A stretch of DNA of 64,000 bases. Origin: Stegostoma tigrinum (lineage: Eukaryota). Where the stretch lies: positions 25,293,951 to 25,357,950 of the forward strand of contig NC_081380.1 of the NCBI RefSeq assembly GCF_030684315.1, written 5' to 3'. The notes below the pieces were generated by a model. The model made no database searches. It was not told the DNA's origin and saw nothing but the letters and a program-made list of their open reading frames with translations. The translations under genes and the position numbers were made by a program. Below, piece by piece: positions 41,573 to 55,705 of this stretch (within the stretch, counting starts at the first letter, position 1; every line of letters begins with the position of its first letter).

Positions 41573-44500
41573 GAAACTCTGACAATACTCATTTGATGAT
41601 GATTTCAAAGGTTAGAAGTTAGCACAAGAAAGATAGAAAGATGCACGGACTGATCACGGATAATCAAAGTGCTGAAATATACTTCAGTTGGATACAGTAG
41701 GCAGTAGGACCAGAAATATGTTGACCGTTATTTAACCCAACTACTCCTTAAAACAGGTTTCAGTTGAATATTTCAACAGGCTTCAACTGAATCCCAGAGG
41801 AAGTGCCTCAAAGTATTCCAAGAATTTTGAGATAATGCATTCTGTGTCTGCATTTAGCCCGAGGCAGTCTGCAATAGCCTGCTAGAGGGATTTGCTTCTA
41901 ATGATTACTTGTTTCCAGGCAAGAAAAACAGCAGTTTGACTGTTTTAAAATTAATTGTGCCAATGACAGTGTAAATGTATTTAGTAGATTTTGAATTTTC
42001 TAAGTTTTGCACTTTGCACAACTCAGGATTCATGAAAATCAAACCAAACAATGATAAAATCTCAAACAGAAAATAGTAATGTTTAAAAATCAAACAAGGA
42101 AAGCAAGAAGGATGTCATCCAGTGATAAAGCATGAATGGAAGCAGTGCCTTGAAATGATGAAATTCTGCTCACAAAATTATCAGAACAAACCACACAGTA
42201 ACTCACTGTCTCCCCGAAGCTTGTCCACCACTTAAAAGGCAAAAGTCAGGAGTAATGAAACTTGCTTGGTCATCAGCTTTAGGACAAAAAAGCCCGCTTG
42301 ATTGATACCACATTGTAGAGAGGGTTAATGCTGAAAGGTTGTCAATGAGAAGTGTGTACCATATACAAAACATACTCCAGTAACTCAGCAAGCCATCTCC
42401 AACAACAGCTTTCAGGTCCACTGTCTCTACTAAAGAGGCAGGCAGCTAACGCCATGGGAACACCATCCACTGTAAGCCCCCCTCTAAGCCAAACACAATC
42501 CTTACTTGAAAGGATTTTTTAAAAATTCACTTGTGAGGTGCAAGTGTCACAGACTCACGTTGCATTGACTATGCAACCCTAATTGCTGTGTAGACAATGG
42601 TGAGGAGCCTTATTGAAGTGCTGGCAAGGAGGTATTTCTAGAATATTGACCCAGCAACAGTGAAATAACAGCTATACTGTCATTGTACCTTCTCTGTTGC
42701 GTCAAAATCCTTGAACTCCTTTTGTAACAGCACTGTGTATATATGTTCTTACACCCGAAAACTGCAGTAGTTTAGAACGGCAACTCACTATTAGCCTTTT
42801 ATGGGTGATTAGGGATTAACAATAAATTCTGGCCTACCCTCTGATGCCCACAATCACATGAATGAATAAAACAAAAAAGCTCCCAATTAGAACCACCATC
42901 TTGAATACCCATCCCAGTGATGAATAATTGAAATCAAACTGAAAATAAATTCAACCTCCAATCAGACATCCTCATATGTTGTTTCTGGGAGTTTAGAATC
43001 AGGGGCAAGGACTTGCTTAATTTAAAAATGATCTACATTTTTTCAGTTGAGCCCCACACTGGTTCTTTTTCCCCTCTGCTCATCACTGATTGGCTCAATG
43101 TGTATGTGCTTCCATTTGTCAAAAAAGTGCCCATTTTGTTACTCCTCCCAGTGAGATCTTGTGTTGACAATGCTCTAAGCCTAATCTCCATTTGGGCTGC
43201 AGCAGATTACATTGGAAAGTTGCTCCTCACTGGCAATGTGTTTTTTTTCTCTTTAAATTTAATTCAGTAAAATTAATTATTGAATTAAATACTATATTGG
43301 TCATGTTGTATGCATCGCTCAGTACCTCTTCAGAATTGTTACATATTGATGTTAACATTATTTATTATATGGTGGTAATTATTAAAAATCATTTAGTGTA
43401 AATCAGTTTTACTGAAACTCCGGTAACATACATTTTTATCACCATGAGAAAGTAATTAAATATGTTGAGCTTCTTTCCTGAATTGCTACAGTCCTTAAAG
43501 TGCTGTTATGAATGGTCTTCCAAGTTATGGAACAAAGGACAGTGACAACCTGGTAACACAGGTCTGGGGAGGGAGGGGGGAGGGAGGTTATGCTGCCATG
43601 CATTTGTTTTTCTAGGTAGTAGAGAGCACATTTTTTGGAAGATGGCTTAGTTACTGCATTGCATTTCGTAGGTGCTACAGACTAGTGCACATTTGCATCA
43701 GTAGTGAAGGGATTGAATATCGCTTTGAATACTAACTAAATGGCCTGCTTTTCCCTGGATGGCGTCAAGCTTGAATGATGTTGGAACTGCACTGACCCAG
43801 GCAACTGGACAGCATTCTGTCATACTCCTGACTTGTGCCTTGTAGATTTTGGGCAGACTTTGGAGAAAACAGGAGGGGAGTTATTCCCTGCATCCAACTC
43901 CTCATGGGTTCTGAATCAAGAGGTAATATCAAAATACAAAAACAAATTGCTGTAGGTCTGGCAGCATCTATAGAGACAAGTAGAGTTAACATTTCAGGAT
44001 CACAAACCGATACGTTAACTCTATTTTTTCACCTATGATGTTGCCAGACCTGATGAGTTTTCCAACAGTTTCTGTTTTTGTTTCAGATTTCCAGTAGGTA
44101 ATTTTTTGTTTTATTTTGAAATCCAAGGTTAGTTTCAGATCCACTCTTAAATCCTGATCTGATGGGCCTCATTCTTGGCCCATAGTAACTTGTTCTAGCA
44201 CACTCCAGTGCCAACACATTCTCCTCCAATCAACTCCATTTCTCAGCCACCCATTTATCAATTTCCCTGACCCAACCCATGCTAATTGTCATCTTAAAGC
44301 ATCTCCAAAAAAAGTGTCACTATGCTGCAGATAAAGTTCACAACGATAACTGCATCAGATGTAATGAATTTGAAATTTTCACCTAAAGGGACAAATTGTA
44401 TTGGACCAATCAAATACAAGTTGCTATCTGAAGAACTATGAAGAGTCAGGAGACCATCTCCCAGCCTGCACTTACAACCATTCTTCCCACAATCCACTGG

Positions 44501-46974
44501 ATAGACAACTTCATTGACTACTCAAGGGAAGACATAGTGGAAGAAATCAAATGGTGGAAAATTCTACCAGAATAGAGTTAACAACTCTGAACAAACAAAC
44601 AATTGTGCTTTTTAAACAAAAATTAAGAACAAAAGCACAAAGAATTATTTATTTTTATTGAAACAGCCACATTCTCAGTCAATTTGCTTCCTGTCATCTC
44701 TGTGCTCTCCTCACAGAATTCTGCTCTGATACACTTTTTTTATTTGTCTCTACCTCACCTTGCTCTGGAAGGACAAGATATCTTTATTCAACGCATGTGT
44801 TAGAATAGGGCACATCTGACATCAGATGGGGAGAACTGGGAGAAGACCGTTAATGGTCATGAGTCAGAAAACTGAAGCTGATGAAAGTTGTATTTCTTTT
44901 TCCTCAGTCCCTGCATTCACTGGGTTTTGATACATGCAGGAGTGTAAACAAAAATAAAATACAATTCTTTCAAATCAAATTTTTCTCTTCAAATCTAAAG
45001 CAAACTGATCTTGTGAGCAGAACAGAAACCCCATGACAGAGCTCTCATTTTATTAAATCAGTGCAGTCAAGAGACAGGAAATTCAAACTTCCGTTTTAAG
45101 CAAAAACATTTTACAAGGCCCCTATAGGGGCTTTTGAGGCTGACTCATACAATTACAGATTGTTACTACTGAGTCAAAAAGGAACTGGTGTACGGATAAA
45201 ATCTCAGAACTTTTCAGCCAATGACTGACTTCTGGAATTGTAGCTTCTGTTGACATATGGCAAATATAGTTGCCAACCTGAACATGTAGTGAACTCCCAC
45301 AACCAGTAGCGCAGTACTCACCAGATTATCTGACTTGTTGAGGCAAAAATATTGGTCAAGGCTAATACAGGAGGTAGCACGCCTCCACTCTTCTTTGAAA
45401 GGCGACCGTGGGATCTTTTACAGTCATCTGCATGAGCAGCCTGAGCCCCAATTTAATGTGTCAACCCAATGGTGCCATTGGTGACAAGTGCAGTACTCCT
45501 GCCACTCTGTAATGGCTAGAAATTTAAGTCCCTAGAATGGCTCTTTTAGCCACAAACCTCCGAGCCAGAGGCAAAAATTACACCAGATGTATCACAGCTT
45601 ACATTGGGAATCTCTTGCCATTGTAAATAGGCAAGAGTACCAATATCATAGTAAAAATACTCAGTATAATCCTCTTCCTTTGTCTAGAAGGAGCTACAGG
45701 TCAAAAAAGGTAGTTCATGGTCTCCCAGAACCCCTCAAACAAACATTCTTCACGTCCAAATAAATAGGAGATTGACTGACAAGGTGCAGCAGCAGCAGGA
45801 AAGGAGGGGGACGTTGTGGGGGTTGGGGATATGTAGAGAGATATTTCAATGTCAAAAATTCAGTTAAGACAGATTGCATACTCAATTATTTAAGTCTCAA
45901 GTTATTTTTATGCTCAAGTTTTGAAACATCATATTTTGACTACCTTTCAAGCCAGAAATTACTGATGACTATCAGGAACAGGCAACCACAGACACAGTCA
46001 TTTATGTCACCAGTAGGGGAAATACAGAAGCTAATCACAGGCAAAGCCGACCAGTAAAAAATCCAGGGAGTTTGAACCAGAGCTAGCCCTGTTTTGTAAA
46101 GTTCCAATCTTCTCTGTACAGCCACATGGTATGTATATCTGAGACATGTTCAAACAAGGTGTGGTAATTGGCAATGAATCAGAGGGGAGATTTCAACTCA
46201 TCTTAATGCATCATCTGGCATTTACTGTCTGAAATTAAATTCCCTAATCGCTTTCAAAACAGAATTGTACAGATGTTGAAAAATGAAACATTGGAGGGCT
46301 ATGGGGGAAAACAAAACAAGATTAAAAAACAGCTATGGCTCAGTTGGCAGCACTCAGAGACAAGGTTTCTGTTCACATCACTCAGCTGAAGATAGAAGTC
46401 AAAGTTGAAACTCCACTGAAGGGGTGCTGCACTGTCAGAGTTGTCATCATTCACATGAGATTTTAAACTTAGGCCCTGCTTGGACGTACAGTAAAAATTC
46501 CCTGGTGCTATTTTGAAGAACACAATGGAAATGCCCCTGATGTGCCAACCAATGCTTCTCTTTCAGCCAACAGAACAAACTGACTGTCATTATCCTTGCA
46601 TTACAAGCATGACAACACCTTAAAAAGTATTGAGTTGGTTGTGAAACACAGACACTCAGCAGTCATGAAAAGTGTTGCATAAAACTACAGTTTCCTTTTT
46701 TTAAAATTTCTTGTTTCAAAAAGCCAAATACAAAGATGATAGAGACTGAAGGCTCCTTGATTCCAAGGCTGATGTCAAATGATTAAATATTCCCAATAGA
46801 GTTATATAAAATTTCTTTTCCAAAAATAATATTCTATCAAGGACGAACTTTTGAATGAAGCTGTTTGAACTGAGTGCATGATTGGATTTGTACATCATGT
46901 CCAAGACAGTTTTTAAACCAAAGGATGAACTACAGAGAATGAAAGAACTGTAGATGCTGTAACTCAGGGACAAA

Positions 46975-47122
46975 ACCACAAGTTACTGAAAAAGCTGAGC
47001 TGGTCTGGCAGCATCTAATGAAGGAAGATCAGAGTTAATGTCTCGGGTCTGGTGACCCTTCCTCAGGAGCTTCTGACCTGAAGCATTAAATCTGACTTTT
47101 CCCTCACAGATGCTGCCAGACA
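46975..47122. mobile_element. Palindromic PLE-terminus mini-element, second subfamily
   Basis: tctggcagcatct ... agatgctgccaga inverted arms; CTGAGGAAGGGTCACCAGACCCGAGAC on -; relatives near 3530-3610, 43930-44100, 49915-50040, 60745-60870. Confidence 0.65.
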
Positions 47123-47897
47123 AACTATAGAATAAGGTATGCAAGTAAATAGTATTCTTCTAGCTTTTCAATGTTTCAATAATAATGACACTGAACTTTG
47201 GCCTACCTCAGAATAGTTTGATTAATGGCACAAATTGACTTGTAACTTTGAGATTAAGGAAACATCGTTGCTGAAGGCGGTTATGGAATTCCATCCAATT
47301 AACACGCTTCAAAACACGTGAGAAGTGAAGGCAGTAGTTGGAAATGTTGTTTATGGGTAATTTCTTTGCTCAACTTCAGTTCCACACATTGGAAAAAGGG
47401 GTCATGACAACGAATCATTATTCCTAATTACTTACAAACAAACTGAATGGGTAGAAATTTTGTTTTTGTTTACAAAGTACATACAAGTCAAAGATGGTTG
47501 GGAGTGTAAGTTCTGAGAGTTTAATTCAGTGTCCATCTGGAAATTTCTTGTGTGGATTATGCTCAATCCCGAGATTGAGCATGGGAATATTGCATCTGGA
47601 AGAAATTCAGACAGAGACTCTTCAAAAAAGGAAGAGACACTGCAAAACTGAAATGTAGTCTCCCATGGTCACAGAAACTTGAGGCTGATTACAATCTCAG
47701 TCACATGCTGTATTGAGTTATACCCCAGACTGGATGTGACGTGTGGCAAAAGAAAGTGGTCTGCACTGACACCAGTGCATGCAATCTACATGCCACTTTT
47801 ATGTGCACAAATACTGTGGGAGGAGGCAGGGAATGAGGGAACTCAAAATCAGTGGGGGAGGGGGAACACAGAAGAGAGAGGGTCGGTGGTGGGGTGG

Positions 47898-47995
47898 GAG
47901 AGAGCGAGAGAGAGCGAGAGAGAGCGAGAGAGAGCGAGAGAGAGCGAGAGAGAGCGAGAGAGAGCGAGAGAGAGCGAGAGAGAGCGAGAGAGAGC
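47898..47995 (+). repeat. Perfect (AGAGCGAGAG)n 10-mer tandem repeat, about 9.8 units
   Basis: Directly visible; lies in PIMREG intron 3. Confidence 0.97.
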
Positions 47996-49036
47996 CCTCC
48001 TTGATCCCCCCGCCTCACTTCGGCCTTTCCATGGGTCCTGGGCACTTCCTGTTGCTTCTCCATTCCCCAGCTTCTGTGGCCACATCCCTTCTCACACGAG
48101 GGGATTTCTCTCTCTCTCCCTCCCTGCCACACTGTGCGGCAATCCCTCTCCATCCAATTGAAACCCAGCTCAAAAATCACATTCCCTTCCTGCACACTGC
48201 TGCATTTAGTGTATGACACCACATTTGAAGTCTGTGAATGATGACAGAGAGTGTTTGGACCCATGCACTCATGAATGAATAGCTGCTCGTAGTTGCCAAA
48301 AGGCAAGCAATTCTGGGTGAAAGCTATGTTTGTACTTTTCTCCAAAAACCCAACTGCAATCCAGCTATCAGTGTGCTGCTCTGGTATTCTAATTCTACTG
48401 GGATGCCATTTGGTGTGAAGTCTTTAGCTAAAGAACATCCACCAGGCACCCCAGCAATTGTTGGAAGCACGTCTTGAGTTAGCAAAACCACCAAAAAGAA
48501 AACAAGGCAACTCCCTTTGGCTAAACTGCAGAAACAAGAGTATTCAGACAAACTGCTCTACGCTTAAGGTAGTGCCACTGGAACTAAGTGCATCCTTTCA
48601 CCAGCCTCACAGACAAGCCAAAAGACTGACTCGCATATTCTCTCAAGAATCATATAAGCAAAAGACCCTCATCTGGGACCTTTAGTAACAAAGGAAACCC
48701 ATGCAGGAATTATCCCATTTTGTTAGCAGTTTAAAATCTATTATGCAGAGGAAACACACAAATTTCAGAGGTCTGCCTGTTTACTCCCACCTTGCCTTCT
48801 CAGTCATCCTGCTGTAGATTTTCTAACTTTGCTCAGATATTGAATCTCTGGGATACAATACTACAATAAATGCATCAGCCCTCTGAAACTGAAGTGGTCA
48901 TTATATAGATGTATCATGTAGACGCATGTTTCAGTGCCTAATAACCCAAATTCAAACCCAGGACCCCAGAGCATCACCTAGGTCTCTCGACCCCCACTGG
49001 GAACTGAAACAAAGATTTACATTAACCATACAATAC

Positions 49037-49132
49037 CTTTCCTCCTTGGTGATGGCTTCGTCAAATACCTGGGACAGGCACTTTAATTGTCTAATTCCAA
49101 AAGACACCGATTCCAGATCACGATCGAACTGC
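49037..49132 (-). CDS. PIMREG: PIMREG coding exon 3 (QFDRDLESVSFGIRQLKCLSQVFDEAITKEE)
   Basis: tttgttaacag| acceptor, ag|gtattg donor, 96 nt, phase 2 to 2; aligns with recalled human DSDLEPVGAGIQHLQKLSQELDEAIMAEE; not in ORF track. Confidence 0.87.
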
Positions 49133-51209
49133 CTGTTAACAAACAGAAATGAGTACTTGGGTTGTATTTTACAACTGTAGTTCCTGACTTGAAGCCATTA
49201 CAATCAGGACTCTCAACCAACTTCCATCAACTTTAGTTAACGGTTGATTCTAGTACCAGTAAATTAGGTCTGCAAAATCCTATTAACAGACAAGCCCTCT
49301 ACCCCCAAAGGAAGAAAGCCTAGCAGGGGGCGGGGGGCAGAATTTCTTCTTGTTAGTCTAAACTAAAGCAAAGTGTGATTTTTAGCCACATTGTAATTTT
49401 CCTGAATATTATAAAGCTCTGGGTGAAACTCCTCAGGAAAAAGAAATGCACGCTTTAGGAGATTTCCATCTTTTGTGATTATTGCCTCACACTTCATTTT
49501 CCAAGGAAATAGGCTGCAAAGTGACTATTCAAGTAAAACCAACAGTCTCATAATAACCGCCAGTGCGGCAGAGACTGCACTGGCTATTTACCACTTACAA
49601 ATATTGACTAAAGCAGGCTAGGTCACGTGATCTGCATATGAGACTGCTCCTGGGCCAGGCCAAAGTGGTCACCCACAGCTCATGGTAATTTGGTTTGATC
49701 ACTCTAGATGCCACCTCCCCTTTCTTTCTGGAGCAAAAGGACATTTTACACTTTGAAAATATTCTGATTTAAGATGTTAAGCTTCCCTGGTTTTATTCAG
49801 AATAGAGGTTTTTAATAGGTGGTATTTTAAAAAAAAACTTGTTAAATTAGTTTTATTTAGCTGTGTGGCACTGAGACATTCTAGTGTTGTCTTAAATCAG
49901 ATTATCAGAAGTTGAGTTCTGAGGAAGGGTCCGCTGCACCTGAAACATTGTCCACGATTTCTCTCCACAGAGAGGTCAGCTTTTCCAACAATTCCTATTT
50001 TTGTTTCTGGTTTCCAGCATCCGCAGTTCTTCTGGTTTTATTCAGAAGATGAGAGTTGCTTTTGTGATCCAAAGTACTCCCCTCCACAACCGAGAAGTTA
50101 GTAGTGAACATTTCAGCTAACAGTCCTGAAGGACAAATACCTTCATGGACACTTGATTGGAGCATTACTAAACAAAGAAAAGAAATCACTAATCCTGTCA
50201 TTGTTGATGATCATTCACTAACAGATAAGCAAGAATCCCCAAGTTACAGCTCATTCTCAATGCATGCACTCACTCCAATCTTCTTTAGGGACAATAAGTG
50301 GAGGATTTTTGCCAATTCGATCAGCTGGAGCTTGCTCACAGCCCTTCCGTTTACCAGGGTGCCACTCAAAACACTGACCAGCTACAAGACTGGGAGAGCC
50401 TTTGGCTGACCATCACAGCTCATTAGTTCCAGGGCTGAGTAATTAAACCAGCATTCACATTTAATTCAGATCACAGTCACAGCTACTGAGGGGATTGCTG
50501 AACCACATTACATGCTCATTTTTGCAGCTGGTTGTGTCAGGATTGGTGTAGAGGGGTCAGAACTGAATCAAATAAATGTAGCTTTCATCCATGGCTGTCG
50601 GTCTTCATAACATGGAAGCATTGTTGTGGCTGTTAAGCTACTGGCAACTGGGTCAGAAATAATAATGCCAGCTATACTTCCACAGCATTTCACGCAAATA
50701 ATTAACAATGCAAAAATTAACAATAAGCTGCTCTCCTGTCATTCAAATAGAAGAGAGATAATCATGTCTATATCCTACATGACAAAATTTAATCTTGTCT
50801 GCCTGCAAACAAAATTGACTCCTTGACTAATGCAGACTATGTATTCCTCTGGGCTGCATGAAATGAGCTTAATTCAAAACTTTACACCATCACTAGGACA
50901 AGATCCAGTGTAAGGCAGTCCCATTTTCAACTGATTTAGCCTCCTGCATGACAAACACTTAATAAGTGCAACCATTGACCAAGTTGGTTTTGGGGTTTCA
51001 TGGCCTTTAGAGCCAAACTTGGTTCATTTAAGAATTTTGTAATGTGGACTTTAAAACTAATTGAATACTTCCTCCGGTTAACCAGCAATGAAAAACCAAT
51101 GCAGCTTAGTCAGAGTATCAATGTTTTATTTGTCATCTTCTATATTCCCCACTATTGTCAGTCTCTTATACAATTGGCCCTGGGCAAAATGCTATGACAG
51201 TTTCTGTAC

Positions 51210-51502
51210 CTTGTCCTACTAATTCCAGTGGGCGAGGCATAGGGGCTCTTCAATGCAGCAGACCTAACTGATCTCCGCAGAGGAAGGCCATCCTGATTGA
51301 GCAGCCGAGCAACGTCCGTCCACTTGGGAGTGTGAGTCATGCTAGATGGTGTGGTATTGGTTCTCCCCTCTCTGCTGTAACGGGATCTTGATGGAGTGCC
51401 TTTCTTTGATGCCGATGCCTTGCTGCGTCTCCGAGGTGTTTGAGCCTTTGAAGGAGTGATGACCAGGCACTCATTGCGACTTTGTCGTCTTTTCTGCAGT
51501 TT
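51210..51502 (-). CDS. PIMREG: PIMREG coding exon 2 (KLQKRRQSRNECLVITPSK...LPLRRSVRSAALKSPYASPTGISRT)
   Basis: pyrimidine tract + ccccgtag| acceptor, ag|gtacag donor, 293 nt open, phase 0 to 2; LRRS.R.AA..SPY motif as in human PIMREG. Confidence 0.87.
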
Positions 51503-54500
51503 CTACGGGGGTGGGGTTGAGAGAGAAGAAACAATCATTAGTGCAGAAGGCCAGTATATTTTTTGAACTGTGGCGGAATTCTTCTAATGAAAGCCTTTCT
51601 TTAGAAACACAAGGTTGAATCTCCCTCACTTACACTCATTCCAGTTTGAGATCACTTGGTGTGAAATGACATTTTTTTCTGATGTTACCTTGACTTCTTT
51701 GATCAATCATTTTAAACTAGTGTCATCTCGTTCTTCAACCTTCCACAAAACAGGAAGCGTCTCTCCATCTGGTCCATCTAGATTCCTCACGTTTGAACAC
51801 CAAATCTACACTCAAATCACCTCTTCTTCAAGGAGAAAACCCTATTCTCTCCAAACGTTCCAAACAAAAAATTCCCCAAATCCCTCATTCTTGAGAACAA
51901 TCTTATAACTCTCTTTTGCATATCTCTAAAGCCTTCATATCCTTCTGGAAGGAAGGGTGGTGCCTGTAATAGGAGATAATGCTTCAGTTTAGGCTAAATT
52001 GCAGTTTCATAAAGGGTTCTAGAGTAAGTTCCTTGCTTTTGCAGTCCTTGCCTATACTTAATTAGGAGAAACGTGTATCCTGTTCAACTAATTCCTCAAT
52101 TTACGCTGTTCCCTTCAAATGATTTGTGTGTACATATCCTTAGCTCTCGCTGTTCCTGCATGTGTCTTTTATTTCATATTCCCCTTCTTCATTGCTCTTA
52201 TCAAAAGCCTATCTTTACCCACCTCAGGGTTCACAAGATTGGAGTTTGAATTTTTGCCTTCTGCAAATGCTGACATTGTGGGCTGCACAATCAAGTCTAG
52301 GCCACAAGTACAGATCAAGAAAATTAGCAATCCTACTAGTGACTTTGAACATCACATATGGTTGTGCTTTAGATAGCAGGAAGGTGTATAGTGATCACGC
52401 AGCTGAATGACAGAAAGCAAATTTCATATCAGCACTCCCACTGTCCCCTTTATCCCACAGATTTCAATGTTGCTAGGAAACTGGTTATGTGGAACTTCAT
52501 TAAATGCCTTTTAGAAGTCTATGTACACAACAATCAATTCAAGTACCCTCACCAATCTGCTTGAATCACGTTATGATCCTCAAGATGGCCAATAGCATGA
52601 AATAATCAAACTTCCCATATAATCACAACAGAAGAAACTGCCAGACAAATTTCAGTTTTGAAAACTTTACATTTCTGCAACAAATCAAAACAATACAAGC
52701 AACCTAGATTCAGTACAAACTATGAACACTTTAAATAGCTGTAACAAACAAGATAAATCTTAGAGAGCTTTCAGGTGGCAGTCAAATATGCAGTAGCACA
52801 TACAGTCTTGTTATCTCCCACAGCACTATCCACATCAGGTGCAATTCTAACCATTGTCATGCCACACTTAGTCTTTAAGTGGCCTCTGATAATCACTTGA
52901 TTCCATCCAAAATCTACAGATGCAATTATCACCAATAAGGCACTTCTGTAGAGCCTGTTTCAGTTGACTCATCATATCATTGGTGATGTAACTTTCTAGA
53001 ATCCCCTTTGTAAACATACTACAGCTTTAAGGGTGTATTTTGTCCTTTTTTTGGGGGAAAGAGATGTTTTAAAACAGTTGTGATGAGTAGTCTATTTGGA
53101 TCCAATAAAATAAATAACTTAGGAGGCATGGTTTTTTTTTAAAATATTAAGATATTGGAACAATAAAAGCAACCAGAATGGGTGGGGTCAAGCTCCCACA
53201 GAATCAGGGATTTGCACTTTTAGCTTTCAGCAGTTGTTGCTGAGGGCTTTGAAGCTGTACATGGAAGCTACAGTACATCTCACCCTCAGTTTTCTCCTGA
53301 TGTTTTTCCTCCCGAGCTGCTAGAATTACGCAAGGCAATTTATTGACTTTACCTTTGCCAAGGGTGTGTTTACGGGATGTTCCTATATTGGAAGTGTTAT
53401 TGTTTAGTAGTAAAATAATTAAATATTATTCTGTTAGATTTTCCAGTAGAGAGTTAAGCTATTCCAATTTCTTCTTTCTTTTGCTGCATCTTAACCACAG
53501 TGCATGAATAAAATGTGGTTTGTTTCAAGACTGGTTAGTTCAACAAGTGAACTGCAACCTGAACACAACACTTTGCACTTGCCTTCAATTATGAAAAGGG
53601 TAGGGGTCTAGGCTATCTTCTTAATATGCATTAAGGGGGTTTAGCCTGCTCCATAAAACTTTCATCTACCCACCTGTGAATAGTATGTGCTCAGTCCTGG
53701 TAAAATCCAGCCAGCTCTTTGTATGCATAGGCAGCTCATATGGTTTTACTTAAGTTTCATTGTTTTCAGGTGCCTCACTCACACAACTTCAACAAAATCC
53801 CCACCTGTTCTGACAATGCACACCAAAGCCTGATCTTCCAATTAGCTTCCATTTCCCTAGTAATCTAGATGTCTGTCAGAAATTAGATGTCACAACCAAG
53901 AAATCTAAGTGAGGAAAGTCCTCCTAGAGATATTGTTTCAGACTGTGTTTCAGCTAGAAGAACAAATCTCAAAAATAAAAAAAGTATAGGCTTTGAAACT
54001 CTTTATTAATTACCAGAACAAACTGAATAAATCAAAAACTGACTTGATTAAAAGAGAACAGTCTGTGTTGGTTTTCCAGCATTAATCCACATTTATCCCA
54101 AGTGACAATGTTATTCCAGATTATCACTTCAACATCTTCCTAGTACTGAAGTTAGCCTGACTTGCCCACTAGCAAAATCTTATTCCAGCAGCCTAGAAAT
54201 ACCACCACCATGACAACCTTTTACCATTTCCTACCATGGTTGGTTTATTTATAATTAAAAGATGTTGGATTTTGAGAAATAATTAAGTGCACATTCCTGA
54301 AAATTCAAAACAAAATGGAAATGACACAAACTAGCAGTCACTTAGTATTAGCTCCCTTCACCCAATATCTGGGTCATTCTCCCTTCGTGGGTATGTTGAC
54401 TTCAGCAGATATTTATCCTCAGACTTTTTACTTACACTAAGCCACTCTTAACAGAACATTTGCAATAGCAAAGCCTTCCCTGCAGATTCTCCTACAGAAC

Positions 54501-54544
54501 AGCTAAATCGTTCAGTCTTTCCACCAGTGATTCAAATGAATGCA

Positions 54545-55140
54545 GGTATGTGGTGGTGGGGATTGTTTAGTGAGGTGGGAGAGAAGATGGACAGGTCAGG
54601 GAGGCAGGGATGAGAGGGATGGTTGTTCTTGTGATGAGGCCAGCAGTGGCGAGATTTTGGAATAGTAAAGTCCACATTGAGACCATTGGGTTGTAGGCAT
54701 CCCCCGAGGCCGAATATGAGGTGCTGCTCCTTCAGTTTCAGGGTGGCATCATTGTGACACAGGATGGACACGTCGTGTGGGGAGTGGGGAGTGGGAACGG
54801 ACAGGTGGAGTCGAAATGGTTCGCGACTGGAAGGTGTTGTCGTTTGTCGCAAACAGAGCGCAGGATCTCCACAAAGCAGTCTCCCAGCCACCAACATGTC
54901 ACTGACCAATCCGGCCTACTGTATTCACCGATCCTCGTCCCGTCCCGTCCCTGGCTTCTGTGTCCATCTTCTCTCCCACCTCACTGACCAATCCCCATCA
55001 CCATCCCCCCTATTTATTTCAGTGCCCCCTCCCCCATTTTCTGAAGAAGGGTCCTGACCTGAAATGTCAGCTTTCTCGCTCCACTGATGCTGCTTGGCCT
55101 GCTGTGTTCTCCAACTACACGCTGTGCTGTGCTATCTCAG
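54545..55140. mobile_element. Short Penelope-like relic with internal inversion
   Basis: GIY-YIG C-terminal sequence on - (about 54545-54900), 3' tail with hammerhead-like core on + (about 54900-55140). Confidence 0.75.
55041..55068 (+). ncRNA. Minimal hammerhead-like core
   Basis: CTGAAGA-A-GGGT(CCTG)ACCT-GAAA-TGTC. Confidence 0.5.
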
Positions 55141-55677
55141 AAGCAATGAAGTACTGTTATCAGCTGTAGGCATTGTTGTAGGATGTCAAGGAAGCAGTTT
55201 GCTAACAGCAAGCTCCTAAAGCTCACACCCATCCATATATTAAAGCACATGGGGAAAAACAAACCAAGGTGTAAGTTTTAAGTTATTTTGAAAAGAGAAC
55301 AGATGTAGAAAGCCAGAAAAGTTCAGGGACCTTACTTGAAGGCACAGCCGCCAACAGAAGACAGTCAAGATGCCAGAATTAACAGAGTACAGATATTTGA
55401 GGGTTTTTGGGGCTGAAGGGGATTACTGCAATAAGGGGAGTCAAAAATTTGAAAACAAAACAATGATGTGAATTTTAAAATCTTGCAGCTGTTTTACTGT
55501 GAGTCAGTGTAGGTCAACAACAGGACTTGATCTTAGTTAAGACAGGGAGCTGTAGAGTTTAGGGTGACCCAAAGATTATAGGGATCTCACAAACAGCAAT
55601 GAAGTATAAACCATATAACAAAATGTGAGGCTGGATGAACACAGCAGGCCAAGCAGCATCTCAGGAGCACAAAAGCT

Positions 55678-55705
55678 GACGTTTCGGGCCTAGACCCTTC
55701 ATCAG
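55678..55705 (-). ncRNA. Minimal hammerhead ribozyme core, intact
   Basis: CTGATGA-A-GGGT(CTAG)GCCC-GAAA-C-GTC; palindromic ACGT in place of stem III, as described for PLE minimal hammerheads. Confidence 0.7.

Noticed and set aside
47679-48345. Overlapping 145-214 aa ORFs with RE/SL repeats
   Set aside because: Produced by the stop-free (AGAGCGAGAG)n repeat
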